DNA from: Alphaproteobacteria bacterium
GTDB taxonomy: Bacteria > Pseudomonadota > Alphaproteobacteria > UBA828
Assembly: GCA_965214705.1 (NCBI GenBank)
Contig: OZ243972.1
Coordinates: forward strand, 1,216,001-1,280,000
Direction of reading: 5' to 3'
DNA length: 64,000 nt
In this document: piece by piece, positions 22,678-31,056 of the stretch
Numbering within the stretch: position 1 is the stretch's first letter
Layout of the letters: each line of letters starts with the position of its first letter
The notes under the pieces: model-generated
What the model saw: only the letters and a program-made list of their open reading frames with translations
What the model was told of the DNA's origin: nothing
Databases searched by the model: none
Program-made: the position numbers and the translations under genes

Positions 22678-23534
22678 GACCAGGGTGGCACTCCCCCACT
22701 AATCGCAGTTGCGAGGATCAACGCGAAGGCGGCGGCGGCGAACGAGTCGCCCCGGTCCAGAATGCCGCCGTGGCCGGGGATCAGACGGCCCGAGTCATCG
22801 GCGCCGACCCGCCGCTTGAGGGCGGACTCGGCGAGATCGCCCATTTGCCCAACGATCGAGCCAAGCACGCCGGCAACTGCCAGCACGGCAAGGCTCGGGC
22901 GTTCCGCCACCCAGCCGGCGAGCGGCATCAGCCAGCCGAGCAGGATGCTGGCGCCCGCCGCTGCCGCCACACCACCGCAGGCGCCGGCCCAGGTCTTGGC
23001 CGGGCTGATGCGGGGCGCGAGACGCGGGCCACCAAGCGTCCGCCCGGCGACGTAAGCACCGGTATCGCTCGCCCAGACCACGGCAAAGAGCCAGAAGACG
23101 GACGCGCGACCCGTCGTGTCGTCCCCGCGCAGCGTGAGCGAGGCGACGACGAGAAGGAGGATGATGCCGGCGCCCGCCAGTCCCGCCGCGCGCACGCGCA
23201 GCCCGCCACGTTCTGCGCCTGCGACGACGAGCGCGGCCGCCGCAGCGGCGCCGGCGGCGGCAACCGTTCCGATCACCGCGAAGAGCGCGCAGACCGCGGC
23301 CAGGCCCGCGATGCCGACCGCCGCGGCGACATCAATCGCCGGCCGGCCGAGCAGCCTGCGCCATTCGAGCCAGGCGAGCACGCCCGCCGCTCCCACTGCT
23401 GCGATGAAGACGGGGCCGCCCAGGTAGGCCGTGCCAAGCGCAACGGGCACGAGCACCGCAGCCGACGCTGCGCGCAGACCAAGGCCGCCCGCGCTGCCCC
23501 CCGCTTGCGGGTCCGTCATGCCCGATTCTGCCAT
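22665..23534 (-). CDS. cdsA: Phosphatidate cytidylyltransferase
   Basis: WASDTGAY, ISPAKTW.G, GDLAESALKR, IPGHGGILDRGDS. Start is 23534 or 23519. Confidence 0.93.
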   Translation of the reverse strand: MAESGMTDPQAGGSAGGLGLRAASAAVLVPVALGTAYLGGPVFIAAVGAAGVLAWLEWRRLLGRPAIDVAAAVGIAGLAAVCALFAVIGTVAAAGAAAAAALVVAGAERGGLRVRAAGLAGAGIILLLVVASLTLRGDDTTGRASVFWLFAVVWASDTGAYVAGRTLGGPRLAPRISPAKTWAGACGGVAAAAGASILLGWLMPLAGWVAERPSLAVLAVAGVLGSIVGQMGDLAESALKRRVGADDSGRLIPGHGGILDRGDSFAAAAFALILATAISGGVPPWSYSP

Positions 23535-23565
23535 ATCAATGCCACATTCGACGGCCATATCGTCA

Positions 23566-23661
23566 TGCGGGTGACGGTGAAGCGCTTCGTCCCTCCCGCT
23601 GTCTCCCAAACGACTGGTCGGTCCTCCAGCTGGGGCGGTCCTCGCGACCGCCCCAGTTTTT
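23566..23661 (+). ncRNA. Candidate small RNA with CUCC(C) anti-SD motifs and an intrinsic terminator (suhB/MmgR-like)
   Basis: CATAT -10-like box at 23556-23560. Three CTCC(C) motifs, then an 11-bp stem and a T5 tract, all inside a divergent intergenic region. Confidence 0.5.
23630..23661 (+). terminator. Rho-independent terminator
   Basis: CTGGGGCGGTC-CTCGC-GACCGCCCCAG-TTTTT. Confidence 0.8.
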
Positions 23662-23782
23662 GGTCGGCATGGGCCGCCCATGCGTCTTGCGCCGGCGCCT
23701 CGGCTGGGGTTCGTGCGCGCCGTTCCGGCTATGCGGATGATGGGATAGCATGGCGCCCCTTTGCCGACCACGGGACATCGCC

Positions 23783-24217
23783 ATGCCGATCACGCCGATC
23801 CACCATATCCCCCTCAAGCCGGAATACCGCAGCCCCTTCAGCGCCGCCTTCGCGGTCGAGGATGCGCGGCTGTTGCTCTTCTCCGGGTGTGGTCCGATCC
23901 CGATCTATCACGCGCACCCGCACGATCCGGTGGCCGAGGCCGAGTGGTTGGCAGGCGGCATCCGCGTGCAGACCGAGAAGACCTTCGCCAACATCGGCAC
24001 CATTCTGGAGGCGGCGGGGGCCGACTTCTCCCAGATCGTCAAGCTCAACATCTATCTCACCGACATGTCGGGGCAGAACGTCGTGAACGAGACCTCCGCC
24101 CGGCACTTCGATCCGGCGAACCCGCCGCCGCGCACCCTCGTCGGCGTGACCGAGCTCGCCCACCCCGGAATGCTGATCGAGATCGAGGGCATGGTGGCGA
24201 CGCCGCTCGAAAACTGA
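23783..24217 (+). CDS. RidA/YjgF family protein
   Basis: QTEKTFANI..ILEAAG, IVKLNIYLTD, PPPRTLVGV..L....LIEIE. Confidence 0.88.
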   Translation: MPITPIHHIPLKPEYRSPFSAAFAVEDARLLLFSGCGPIPIYHAHPHDPVAEAEWLAGGIRVQTEKTFANIGTILEAAGADFSQIVKLNIYLTDMSGQNVVNETSARHFDPANPPPRTLVGVTELAHPGMLIEIEGMVATPLEN

Positions 24218-24335
24218 GAAATAGTCCGGCCGTTTGATCGGGTCTACGGGCAGCGGCACAATAAGCGACAAGAAAAACGAACAACGGCGGAAATCGTGCA
24301 CCGCCCGGCGGGCGGACGGAGAACGGGAGGCGGTC

Positions 24336-25412
24336 ATGCAGAACGGAGCAATCAAGGTGCTCGTGGTAGGCGTCGGCAACATGGGGCTCAGCCACGCGCT
24401 CGCTTACGACAAGATCGATGGCTTCGAGCTCGTCGGGCTGTGCAGCCGCAGCATTCGCGGGCGCAACGACCTGCCCGCCGAGCTGGCGTCGCTGCCGCGC
24501 TACGAGAACGTCGACGAGGCGCTCGCCGAGTCCCGGCCCGATGCGGTCTCAATCAACACCTATCCCAACACCCACGAGGAATTCTGCCTCAAGGCGTTCG
24601 ATGCGGGCTGCCACGTCTTCGTCGAGAAACCGCTCGCCACCACCGTGGAGGGTGCGCAGGCGGTGGTGGACAAGGCGCGGGCGACCGGAAAGAAGCTGGT
24701 CATCGGCTACATCCTCCGCGTGCACCCCGCCTGGACGGAGTTCATCGCGCGCGCGCAGACTCTCGGCAAGCCGCTGGTCATGCGCATGAATCTCAACCAG
24801 CAGAGCCGGGGGCCGGCCTGGAACTGGCACCGCAACCTGATGGAGTCGCTGACACCGATCGTCGATTGCGGGGTCCACTACGTCGATGTCATGTGCCAGA
24901 TGACCGGCGCCCAGCCGGTGCGCGTGCACGGCGTCGGCGCGCAGCTTACCGACCAGACCAAGGTGCAGAACTACGGCCACCTCCACGTCGAGTTCGACGA
25001 CGGTTCGGTGGGGTGGTACGAGGCCGGCTGGGGCCCGATGATGAGCGAGGTTGCGTTCTTCGTGAAGGACGTGGTCGGGCCCAAGGGCTGCGTCAGCATC
25101 GTCATGCCGCAGGAAGGGCAGGATCACGCTGCTTCGGACGATATCGACTCGCACACAAAGACCAACGCGCTGCTCTGCCATTCGAGCGAGATCGACGAAG
25201 CCAACAACTTCGTGCACGAGGACGAGTGGGTCGACATGGCCGACGAGCCGACCCATCAGGAACTGTGCGATCGCGAGCAGGAATTTCTGCTCAAGGCGAT
25301 CCGCGAGGACCTCGATCTTTCCGAGCACATGGATAGCGCGGTCAACAGCCTGCGTATCGTCATTGCCGCCGACGAGAGCATCAAGCGGCGGGAGGTCGTG
25401 CATCTCGGCTGA
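24336..25412 (+). CDS. Gfo/Idh/MocA family oxidoreductase
   Basis: VVGVGNMG, HVFVEKPLA, DCGVHY. Confidence 0.9.
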   Translation: MQNGAIKVLVVGVGNMGLSHALAYDKIDGFELVGLCSRSIRGRNDLPAELASLPRYENVDEALAESRPDAVSINTYPNTHEEFCLKAFDAGCHVFVEKPLATTVEGAQAVVDKARATGKKLVIGYILRVHPAWTEFIARAQTLGKPLVMRMNLNQQSRGPAWNWHRNLMESLTPIVDCGVHYVDVMCQMTGAQPVRVHGVGAQLTDQTKVQNYGHLHVEFDDGSVGWYEAGWGPMMSEVAFFVKDVVGPKGCVSIVMPQEGQDHAASDDIDSHTKTNALLCHSSEIDEANNFVHEDEWVDMADEPTHQELCDREQEFLLKAIREDLDLSEHMDSAVNSLRIVIAADESIKRREVVHLG

Positions 25413-25465
25413 GGGGCACGGGGATGCAGCGAGGCACTTAAGGGAAGGCCCAGGGGAGGCACAAC

Positions 25466-26893
25466 ATGGCATCGGCAGATCTCGAGCTTTGCTATCTGAC
25501 GGCGACCGAGGCGCTGGAGCGCTTCAAGGCGCGCACGCTCTCGCCTGTAGAGCTGCTGGACGCGCAGATCGCGCGTACGCAGGAAGTCAATCCCAAGCTC
25601 AACGCCATCACTTACGACTATTTCGACCGCGCGCGCGAGCAGGCGCAGAAGGCCGAGGCGAAGTACGGGAAGACTGATGGCCGGCTCCGCGCTCTCGAAG
25701 GGGTGACGGTGGGCATCAAGGACTTCCACCCGGTCAAGGGCGAGATCACGACCATGGGCTCGAAGATCTTCGAGGATTTTCGGCCCGACTACTCAGCGGC
25801 GACGGTGGACCGGCTGCTGCGCGCCGGCAGCATCATGCACTTGCGCACCACGACACCGGAGTTCGCCTATTCCGGCAATACTCACAGTCCGCTCTGGGGC
25901 GTTACGCACAACCCGTGGAACCTGGACTACACCCCCGGCGGCTCCTCCGGCGGTGCGGGCGCGGCGGTCGCCGGCGGCATGACCACGCTTGCCGATGGGA
26001 CGGACGGCGGCGGCTCGATCCGCATCCCGTCATCCGCCTGCGGTATCTTCGGCTACAAGCCTCCCTTCGGCCGCAATCCGCTGGACCGCGACCATCCGCT
26101 GGAGACGATCCTGCATTACGGCCCCATGGTCCGCAGCGTCGCCGACGCCGCACTGATGCAGAACGTCATGTCCGGCCCGCATCCGGACGACCTGTGCAGC
26201 CTGCCGAACAAGATTCGGCTGCCCATGACGTACGATGACATCCGCGGCTGGAAGGTCGCCTTCTCCATGAACCTCGGCTACTTCGAGGTCGACCCGGAGG
26301 TGCAGGCGAACATGCGGCACGCGGCGGACGTGCTGCGCGACCTCGGCTGCGAGGTGGACGAGGTCGACGTCGGCTTCAACTGGGGCGTCCAAGATTGCTG
26401 GATGACCTGGTGGGAGGGTCTTTTCGCCGGGATCGCGGGCCACCTGCTGCCCCGCTGGCAGTACGAGATGGACCCCTTCGTGGTCAGGCTTCTGGAGAAA
26501 GGCATGACTCACAGCGCCGCGCGCCTCTACCAGTGCCAGGTGTTCCGCGGCTGGATGTGGGAGCAGTTGCAGCCGATCCTCAAGCGCTACAACTTCCTGA
26601 TCTGCCCGACGCTGGCGGTGCCGTCGGTCAAGGCCGACCAGAACGACGCAGACCCCAATTTCCAGATCAACGGGGTGCGCGTGATGGCCTATGTCGGCTG
26701 GATCTGCACCAACCCCTTCAACCTGCTGAGTCAGTGCCCGGTGATGAGCGTGCCGACCGGCTTCTCCTCATTCGGGGTGCCGACCGGCATGCAGGTCGTG
26801 GGCCGGCCCTACGACGATCACTCCGTGTTCCGCGCGGCCGCCGCCTTCGAGGGCGCGACCCAGCCCTGGCAGAGCAAGCGGCCCGCGATCTAG
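25466..26893 (+). CDS. Amidase signature family enzyme (copy 1)
   Basis: IKD, TPGGSSGG, GTDGGGSIRIP (Lys-Ser-Ser triad). Confidence 0.93.
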   Translation: MASADLELCYLTATEALERFKARTLSPVELLDAQIARTQEVNPKLNAITYDYFDRAREQAQKAEAKYGKTDGRLRALEGVTVGIKDFHPVKGEITTMGSKIFEDFRPDYSAATVDRLLRAGSIMHLRTTTPEFAYSGNTHSPLWGVTHNPWNLDYTPGGSSGGAGAAVAGGMTTLADGTDGGGSIRIPSSACGIFGYKPPFGRNPLDRDHPLETILHYGPMVRSVADAALMQNVMSGPHPDDLCSLPNKIRLPMTYDDIRGWKVAFSMNLGYFEVDPEVQANMRHAADVLRDLGCEVDEVDVGFNWGVQDCWMTWWEGLFAGIAGHLLPRWQYEMDPFVVRLLEKGMTHSAARLYQCQVFRGWMWEQLQPILKRYNFLICPTLAVPSVKADQNDADPNFQINGVRVMAYVGWICTNPFNLLSQCPVMSVPTGFSSFGVPTGMQVVGRPYDDHSVFRAAAAFEGATQPWQSKRPAI

Positions 26894-27003
26894 GGCGCGT
26901 GCAGAACGGCCGCCGGCGGCGGGAAGGGTCGTGTACCGCGCGTGAGCGGCGGAGCCACAAGGCCGAGGACGGCGCGCGGCGATCCTGCGGCAGGAGGTGA
27001 GTC

Positions 27004-28437
27004 TTGGCATCGGCGGACCTGGAGCTTTGCTATCTCTCGGCGAGCGAGGCGCTAGAGCGCTTCAAGGCGCGCACGCTTTCGCCTGTCGAGCTGCTGGACG
27101 CGCAGATCGGGCGCACGCAGGCGGTCAACCCCAAGCTCAACGCCATCACCTACGACTACTTCGACCGGGCAAGCGAGCAGGCGAAGAAGGCCGAGGCGAA
27201 GTACGGCAAGACCGACGGCCGGCTACGCGCGCTCGAAGGCGTGCCGGTCGCGATCAAGGACTTCCACACGGTCAAGGGCGAGATCACCACTCTCGGCTCG
27301 AAGATCTTCGAGGATTTTAGGCCGGACTACACGGCACCGACGGTGGACCGGCTGCTGCGTGCCGGCGCCATCATGCACATGCGCTCCACATCGCCGGAGT
27401 TCGCCCACTCGGGCGCCACTCACAGTCCGCTCTGGGGAGTCACGCGCAACCCGTGGAACCCGGAGTACACCCCAGGCGGCTCCTCCGGCGGCGCGGGCGC
27501 GGTGGTCGCGGCCGGTATGGCGACGCTTGCCGACGGCACCGACGGCGGCGGCTCCATCCGCATCCCGGCCGCAGCCTGCGGCCTCTTCGGCTACAAGCCG
27601 CCTTTCGGTCGCAATCCGCTTGACCGCGACCATCCCTTCGAGACCATCCTGCATTACGGCCCGATCGTCCGCAGCGTCGCCGATGCCGCGCTGATGCAGA
27701 ACGTCATGTCCGGCCAACACCCGGAGGATCACCGCTCCCTGCCGGGCCGGGTCCGGCTACCGGCCAGCTACGAGGGAATTCGCGGCTTCAAGGTCGCCCT
27801 CAGCATGGATCTCGGCTACCTCCAGGTCGATCCGGAGGTGGAGGAGGCGACGCGGCGCGCGGCGGCCCTCTTCCGCGAGCTCGGCTGCGAGGTGGAGGAG
27901 GTCGAACTCGGCTGGGATTACGGTGCACTCGACATCTGCGTGACCTGGTGGGAGGGCATCTTCGCAGGCCTCGTCGGCCAATACCTGCCCCGCTGGCAGT
28001 ACGAGATGGATCCCTTCGTCGTGAAGCTGGTGGAGCGGGGCCTCAGTCTCAGCGCCGCCCGCCTCTATCAGTGTTACGAAGCGCGTGGCCGGATGTGGCA
28101 ACAGCTGCAGCCGATCCTCAAGTCCCACGATATCTTGATCTGTCCGACGAATACGGTGCCGGCGGTCAAGGCCGACCATGACAATGCGAACCCGGATTTT
28201 CGGATCAACGGGGTCCGGGTCATGGCTTACGGCGGCTGGATCGCGACCTACGGCTTCAATCAGGTGAGCCAATGCCCGGTGATGAGCGTGCCGACCGGGT
28301 TCTCCGCTAGCGGCGTGCCGATCGGGATGCAGATCGTGGGGCGGCCCTACGACGACCATTCCGTGTTCCGCGCATCTGCTGCCTTCGAGGCCGCGACCCG
28401 GCCCTGGCAGAGCAAGCGGCCCGCGATCGGGGCGTGA
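27004..28437 (+). CDS. Amidase signature family enzyme (copy 2, tandem paralog)
   Basis: Same motifs as copy 1. TTG start after a strong AGGAGGTGA SD. Confidence 0.93.
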   Translation: MASADLELCYLSASEALERFKARTLSPVELLDAQIGRTQAVNPKLNAITYDYFDRASEQAKKAEAKYGKTDGRLRALEGVPVAIKDFHTVKGEITTLGSKIFEDFRPDYTAPTVDRLLRAGAIMHMRSTSPEFAHSGATHSPLWGVTRNPWNPEYTPGGSSGGAGAVVAAGMATLADGTDGGGSIRIPAAACGLFGYKPPFGRNPLDRDHPFETILHYGPIVRSVADAALMQNVMSGQHPEDHRSLPGRVRLPASYEGIRGFKVALSMDLGYLQVDPEVEEATRRAAALFRELGCEVEEVELGWDYGALDICVTWWEGIFAGLVGQYLPRWQYEMDPFVVKLVERGLSLSAARLYQCYEARGRMWQQLQPILKSHDILICPTNTVPAVKADHDNANPDFRINGVRVMAYGGWIATYGFNQVSQCPVMSVPTGFSASGVPIGMQIVGRPYDDHSVFRASAAFEAATRPWQSKRPAIGA

Positions 28438-28469
28438 GGCGCCGCAAGGCGCGACGGGGAGGAACGACA

Positions 28470-29099
28470 ATGAAGCTTTACAGTTGGGGGGCTGCGCCCA
28501 ATCCGCGCCGGGTGCTGATCTACATCGCCGAGAAGGGCATCGAGATACCGGTGGTGGAGGCCGGCGAGGGCGCGCATCTCACCGACGAGTACCTCGCCCG
28601 CTACGACGGGCGCATCGTGCCGATGCTGGAGCTCGACGACGGCACACAGATCGGCGAGGCGATGGCGATTTGCCGCTTTCTCGAAGAGGCCTATCCGGCA
28701 CCGCCGCTCTTCGGCGTGAACCGGCGGGACCGCGCAATGGTCGACATGTGGGAACGCCGCGCCGAGAACGAAGGCTTCAACGGCGTGGCCGAGGTGTTCC
28801 GCAACTCCACCCCGGCGTTCGCGGGCCGTGGCCTGCCGGGCTTTGCCGAGCCGATCGAGCAGATCTCCGACCTAGTGGAGCGCGGCAAGAAGCGGCTCGC
28901 CCGCTTCTACGGCCGCATCGAGCGCCAGCTTGCGGACAACCGGTTCATCGCCGGCTCCCGCTTCAGCGTCGCCGACATCACCGCGCTCTGTATCGTCGAC
29001 TTCGCGACCAGGGGAGCCAAGGTCGGGCTGCCGGAGGATCACACCAACGCCCGGCGCTGGCACGCCGAGGTCTCCGCCCGCCCCAGCATTACCGGGTAA
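28470..29099 (+). CDS. Glutathione S-transferase family protein
   Basis: APNPRRV.IYIAEKG, VPMLELDDG, FSVADITA. Confidence 0.9.
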   Translation: MKLYSWGAAPNPRRVLIYIAEKGIEIPVVEAGEGAHLTDEYLARYDGRIVPMLELDDGTQIGEAMAICRFLEEAYPAPPLFGVNRRDRAMVDMWERRAENEGFNGVAEVFRNSTPAFAGRGLPGFAEPIEQISDLVERGKKRLARFYGRIERQLADNRFIAGSRFSVADITALCIVDFATRGAKVGLPEDHTNARRWHAEVSARPSITG

Positions 29100-29125
29100 C
29101 CCAGCCACGCCCTGGGCCCTGCGGG

Positions 29126-29154
29126 TTGCCGCGCATCGGGTCACCACTTAGACT
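29126..29154 (+). promoter_or_regulatory. Candidate sigma70 promoter for leaderless xseB
   Basis: TTGCCG-N17-TAGACT, ending 6 nt before ATG 29161; no SD. Confidence 0.5.
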
Positions 29155-29160
29155 CGTTCC

Positions 29161-29409
29161 ATGGGCGAGAGCGGCGAGAAGGACGGTGAGGCGCAGACCT
29201 TCGAGAGCGCGATGCGCGAGCTCGAAGGGATCGTGCACGAGTTGGAGGCCGGCGAGACCGGCCTCGAAGCGGCCATTGCGGCGTATGAGCGCGGCGTCAA
29301 GCTGAAGACGTTCTGCGAGGAGAAGCTCAGGCAGGCCGAGCTTCGCGTCGAGAAGATCGACAGCGATGCGGCCGGCGCCGCCCGCACGGAGCCGTTCGAG
29401 ACCGGCTGA
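29161..29409 (+). CDS. xseB: Exodeoxyribonuclease VII small subunit
   Basis: TFESAMRELEGIVHELE, YERGVKL...CEEKL..AE.RV. Confidence 0.93.
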   Translation: MGESGEKDGEAQTFESAMRELEGIVHELEAGETGLEAAIAAYERGVKLKTFCEEKLRQAELRVEKIDSDAAGAARTEPFETG

Positions 29410-29418
29410 GGGCACCCG

Positions 29419-30306
29419 GTGAGATCGCTGGATGATGCGCTCCGCGATGCCGCGGAGGCCGTAGACGAAGCCCTCGAATCGCTGGTTCCCGCGCCTGACG
29501 GTGCCGACGGGCAGCTCTTCGAGGCGATGCGGTACTCCCTCTTCGCCGGTGGCAAGCGGCTCAGGCCCTTCCTCGTCCTCTCAGGCGCCGACCTCTTCGA
29601 GGTGCCACGCGCCTGGTCCGTCAACACCGCCGCCGCCATCGAGATGGTGCACACTTACTCGCTGGTCCACGACGACCTGCCGGCGATGGACGACGACAAC
29701 CTGCGCCGCGGCAAGCCCACCTGCCATATCGCCTTCGACGAGGCGACCGCGATCCTGGTGGGCGATTCGCTGCTCACGCTTGCCTTCGAGGCGGTGACGA
29801 CGCCGGCCGGGCATCCTGACGCTACCGTGCGCGCCGAACTCGCCTGCGCGCTGGCGCAGGCCGCCGGCGCGGACGGCATGGCCGGCGGCCAGGCGATCGA
29901 CCTCGCGGCGGAGAGCCGGGAGCTCACCCTCGACGAAGTGGTCCGGCTGCAGCGACTCAAGACCGGCGCGCTGTTCGGCTTTTCCTGCGAGGCCGGCGCC
30001 ATTCTCGCGGGCGAGGACGGTGCGGCCCGCAGGGCGCTCCGCGACTATGCCGCCTGCATCGGGCTCGCGTTCCAGATCGCCGACGACCTGCTCGACCACG
30101 AGGGCACGGAGGCCGCCCTCGGCAAGGCTGTCGGCAAGGACGCCGCTGCCGGCAAGGCAACCTTCGTCGGCTTGCTCGGTGCGGAGGAAGCGCGACAGCG
30201 GGCCGAGGCGCTGGTGGACGATGCCATCGCGGCGCTGAGCGCCTTCGACGAGAAGGCAGCCCCGCTCCGCGCCGTCGCCCGCTACATCGTGGAGCGTCGC
30301 CACTGA
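29419..30306 (+). CDS. ispA: Farnesyl diphosphate synthase
   Basis: GGKRLRP, HDDLPAMDDD..RRGKPT, FQIADDLLD. Confidence 0.95.
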   Translation: MRSLDDALRDAAEAVDEALESLVPAPDGADGQLFEAMRYSLFAGGKRLRPFLVLSGADLFEVPRAWSVNTAAAIEMVHTYSLVHDDLPAMDDDNLRRGKPTCHIAFDEATAILVGDSLLTLAFEAVTTPAGHPDATVRAELACALAQAAGADGMAGGQAIDLAAESRELTLDEVVRLQRLKTGALFGFSCEAGAILAGEDGAARRALRDYAACIGLAFQIADDLLDHEGTEAALGKAVGKDAAAGKATFVGLLGAEEARQRAEALVDDAIAALSAFDEKAAPLRAVARYIVERRH

Positions 30307-31052
30307 ACCGCCGTCCGCCCGGCAAGGAGCGGCTCGACACTCTGCTGGTCGCACGCGGGCTCGCCGAGACCAGGACGAAGGCGCAGGCGCTGCTGCTGGC
30401 GGGCCGGGTATATTCCGGCGAGCGCCGGCTCGATAAGCCCGGAACGCAGGTCGACCGTGCGCTCCCGCTCACAGTCAGGGGCGCGGACCACCCTTGGGTC
30501 TCGCGCGGTGGCATCAAACTGGATCACGCGCTCACGCATTTCGGGATCGACCCGAGCGGGCTGACCGCGCTCGATATCGGGGCGTCCACCGGGGGCTTCA
30601 CCGATGTGCTGTGCCAGCGGGACGCGCGGCGGGTCTACGCGGTCGATGTCGGCTACGGCCAGCTCGACGCACGGCTGCGCAACGATGCCCGCGTCACGGT
30701 GCTGGAGCGGACCAACGCCCGCCACCTCTCGCGGGAGCAGGTGCCGGAGCCGGTCGACCTCATCGTCTGCGACGCGAGCTTCATCGGCCTGCGCACGATT
30801 CTGCCGGCGCCGCTCGCACTCGCGGTCGCCGGCGCGCGCCTCGTCGCCCTGATCAAGCCGCAGTTTGAGGCCGGGCGCGGGCGCGTGGGCAAGGGCGGCA
30901 TCGTCCGCGACCCCGCCGTTCAAGCAGAAGTCTGCGAAACGATCCGCGACTGGCTCTTGGCCGAAGGCTGGCCGGTGATCGGCCTCACGGAAAGCCCGAT
31001 CAAGGGCCGCGACGGCAATACCGAGTTCCTGATTGCCGCGCGCAGGCGGTGA
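30303..31052 (+). CDS. tlyA: TlyA family rRNA methyltransferase (probable CTG start)
   Basis: S4 domain KERLDTLLVARGL, VSRGGIKL, DIGASTGGFTD, VDVGYGQL, LIKPQFE, GNTEFL. Frame is open from CTG 30303, which overlaps the ispA TGA; GGAG lies 8 nt upstream. Confidence 0.9.
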   Translation: MNRRPPGKERLDTLLVARGLAETRTKAQALLLAGRVYSGERRLDKPGTQVDRALPLTVRGADHPWVSRGGIKLDHALTHFGIDPSGLTALDIGASTGGFTDVLCQRDARRVYAVDVGYGQLDARLRNDARVTVLERTNARHLSREQVPEPVDLIVCDASFIGLRTILPAPLALAVAGARLVALIKPQFEAGRGRVGKGGIVRDPAVQAEVCETIRDWLLAEGWPVIGLTESPIKGRDGNTEFLIAARRR

Positions 31053-31056
31053 TCGG

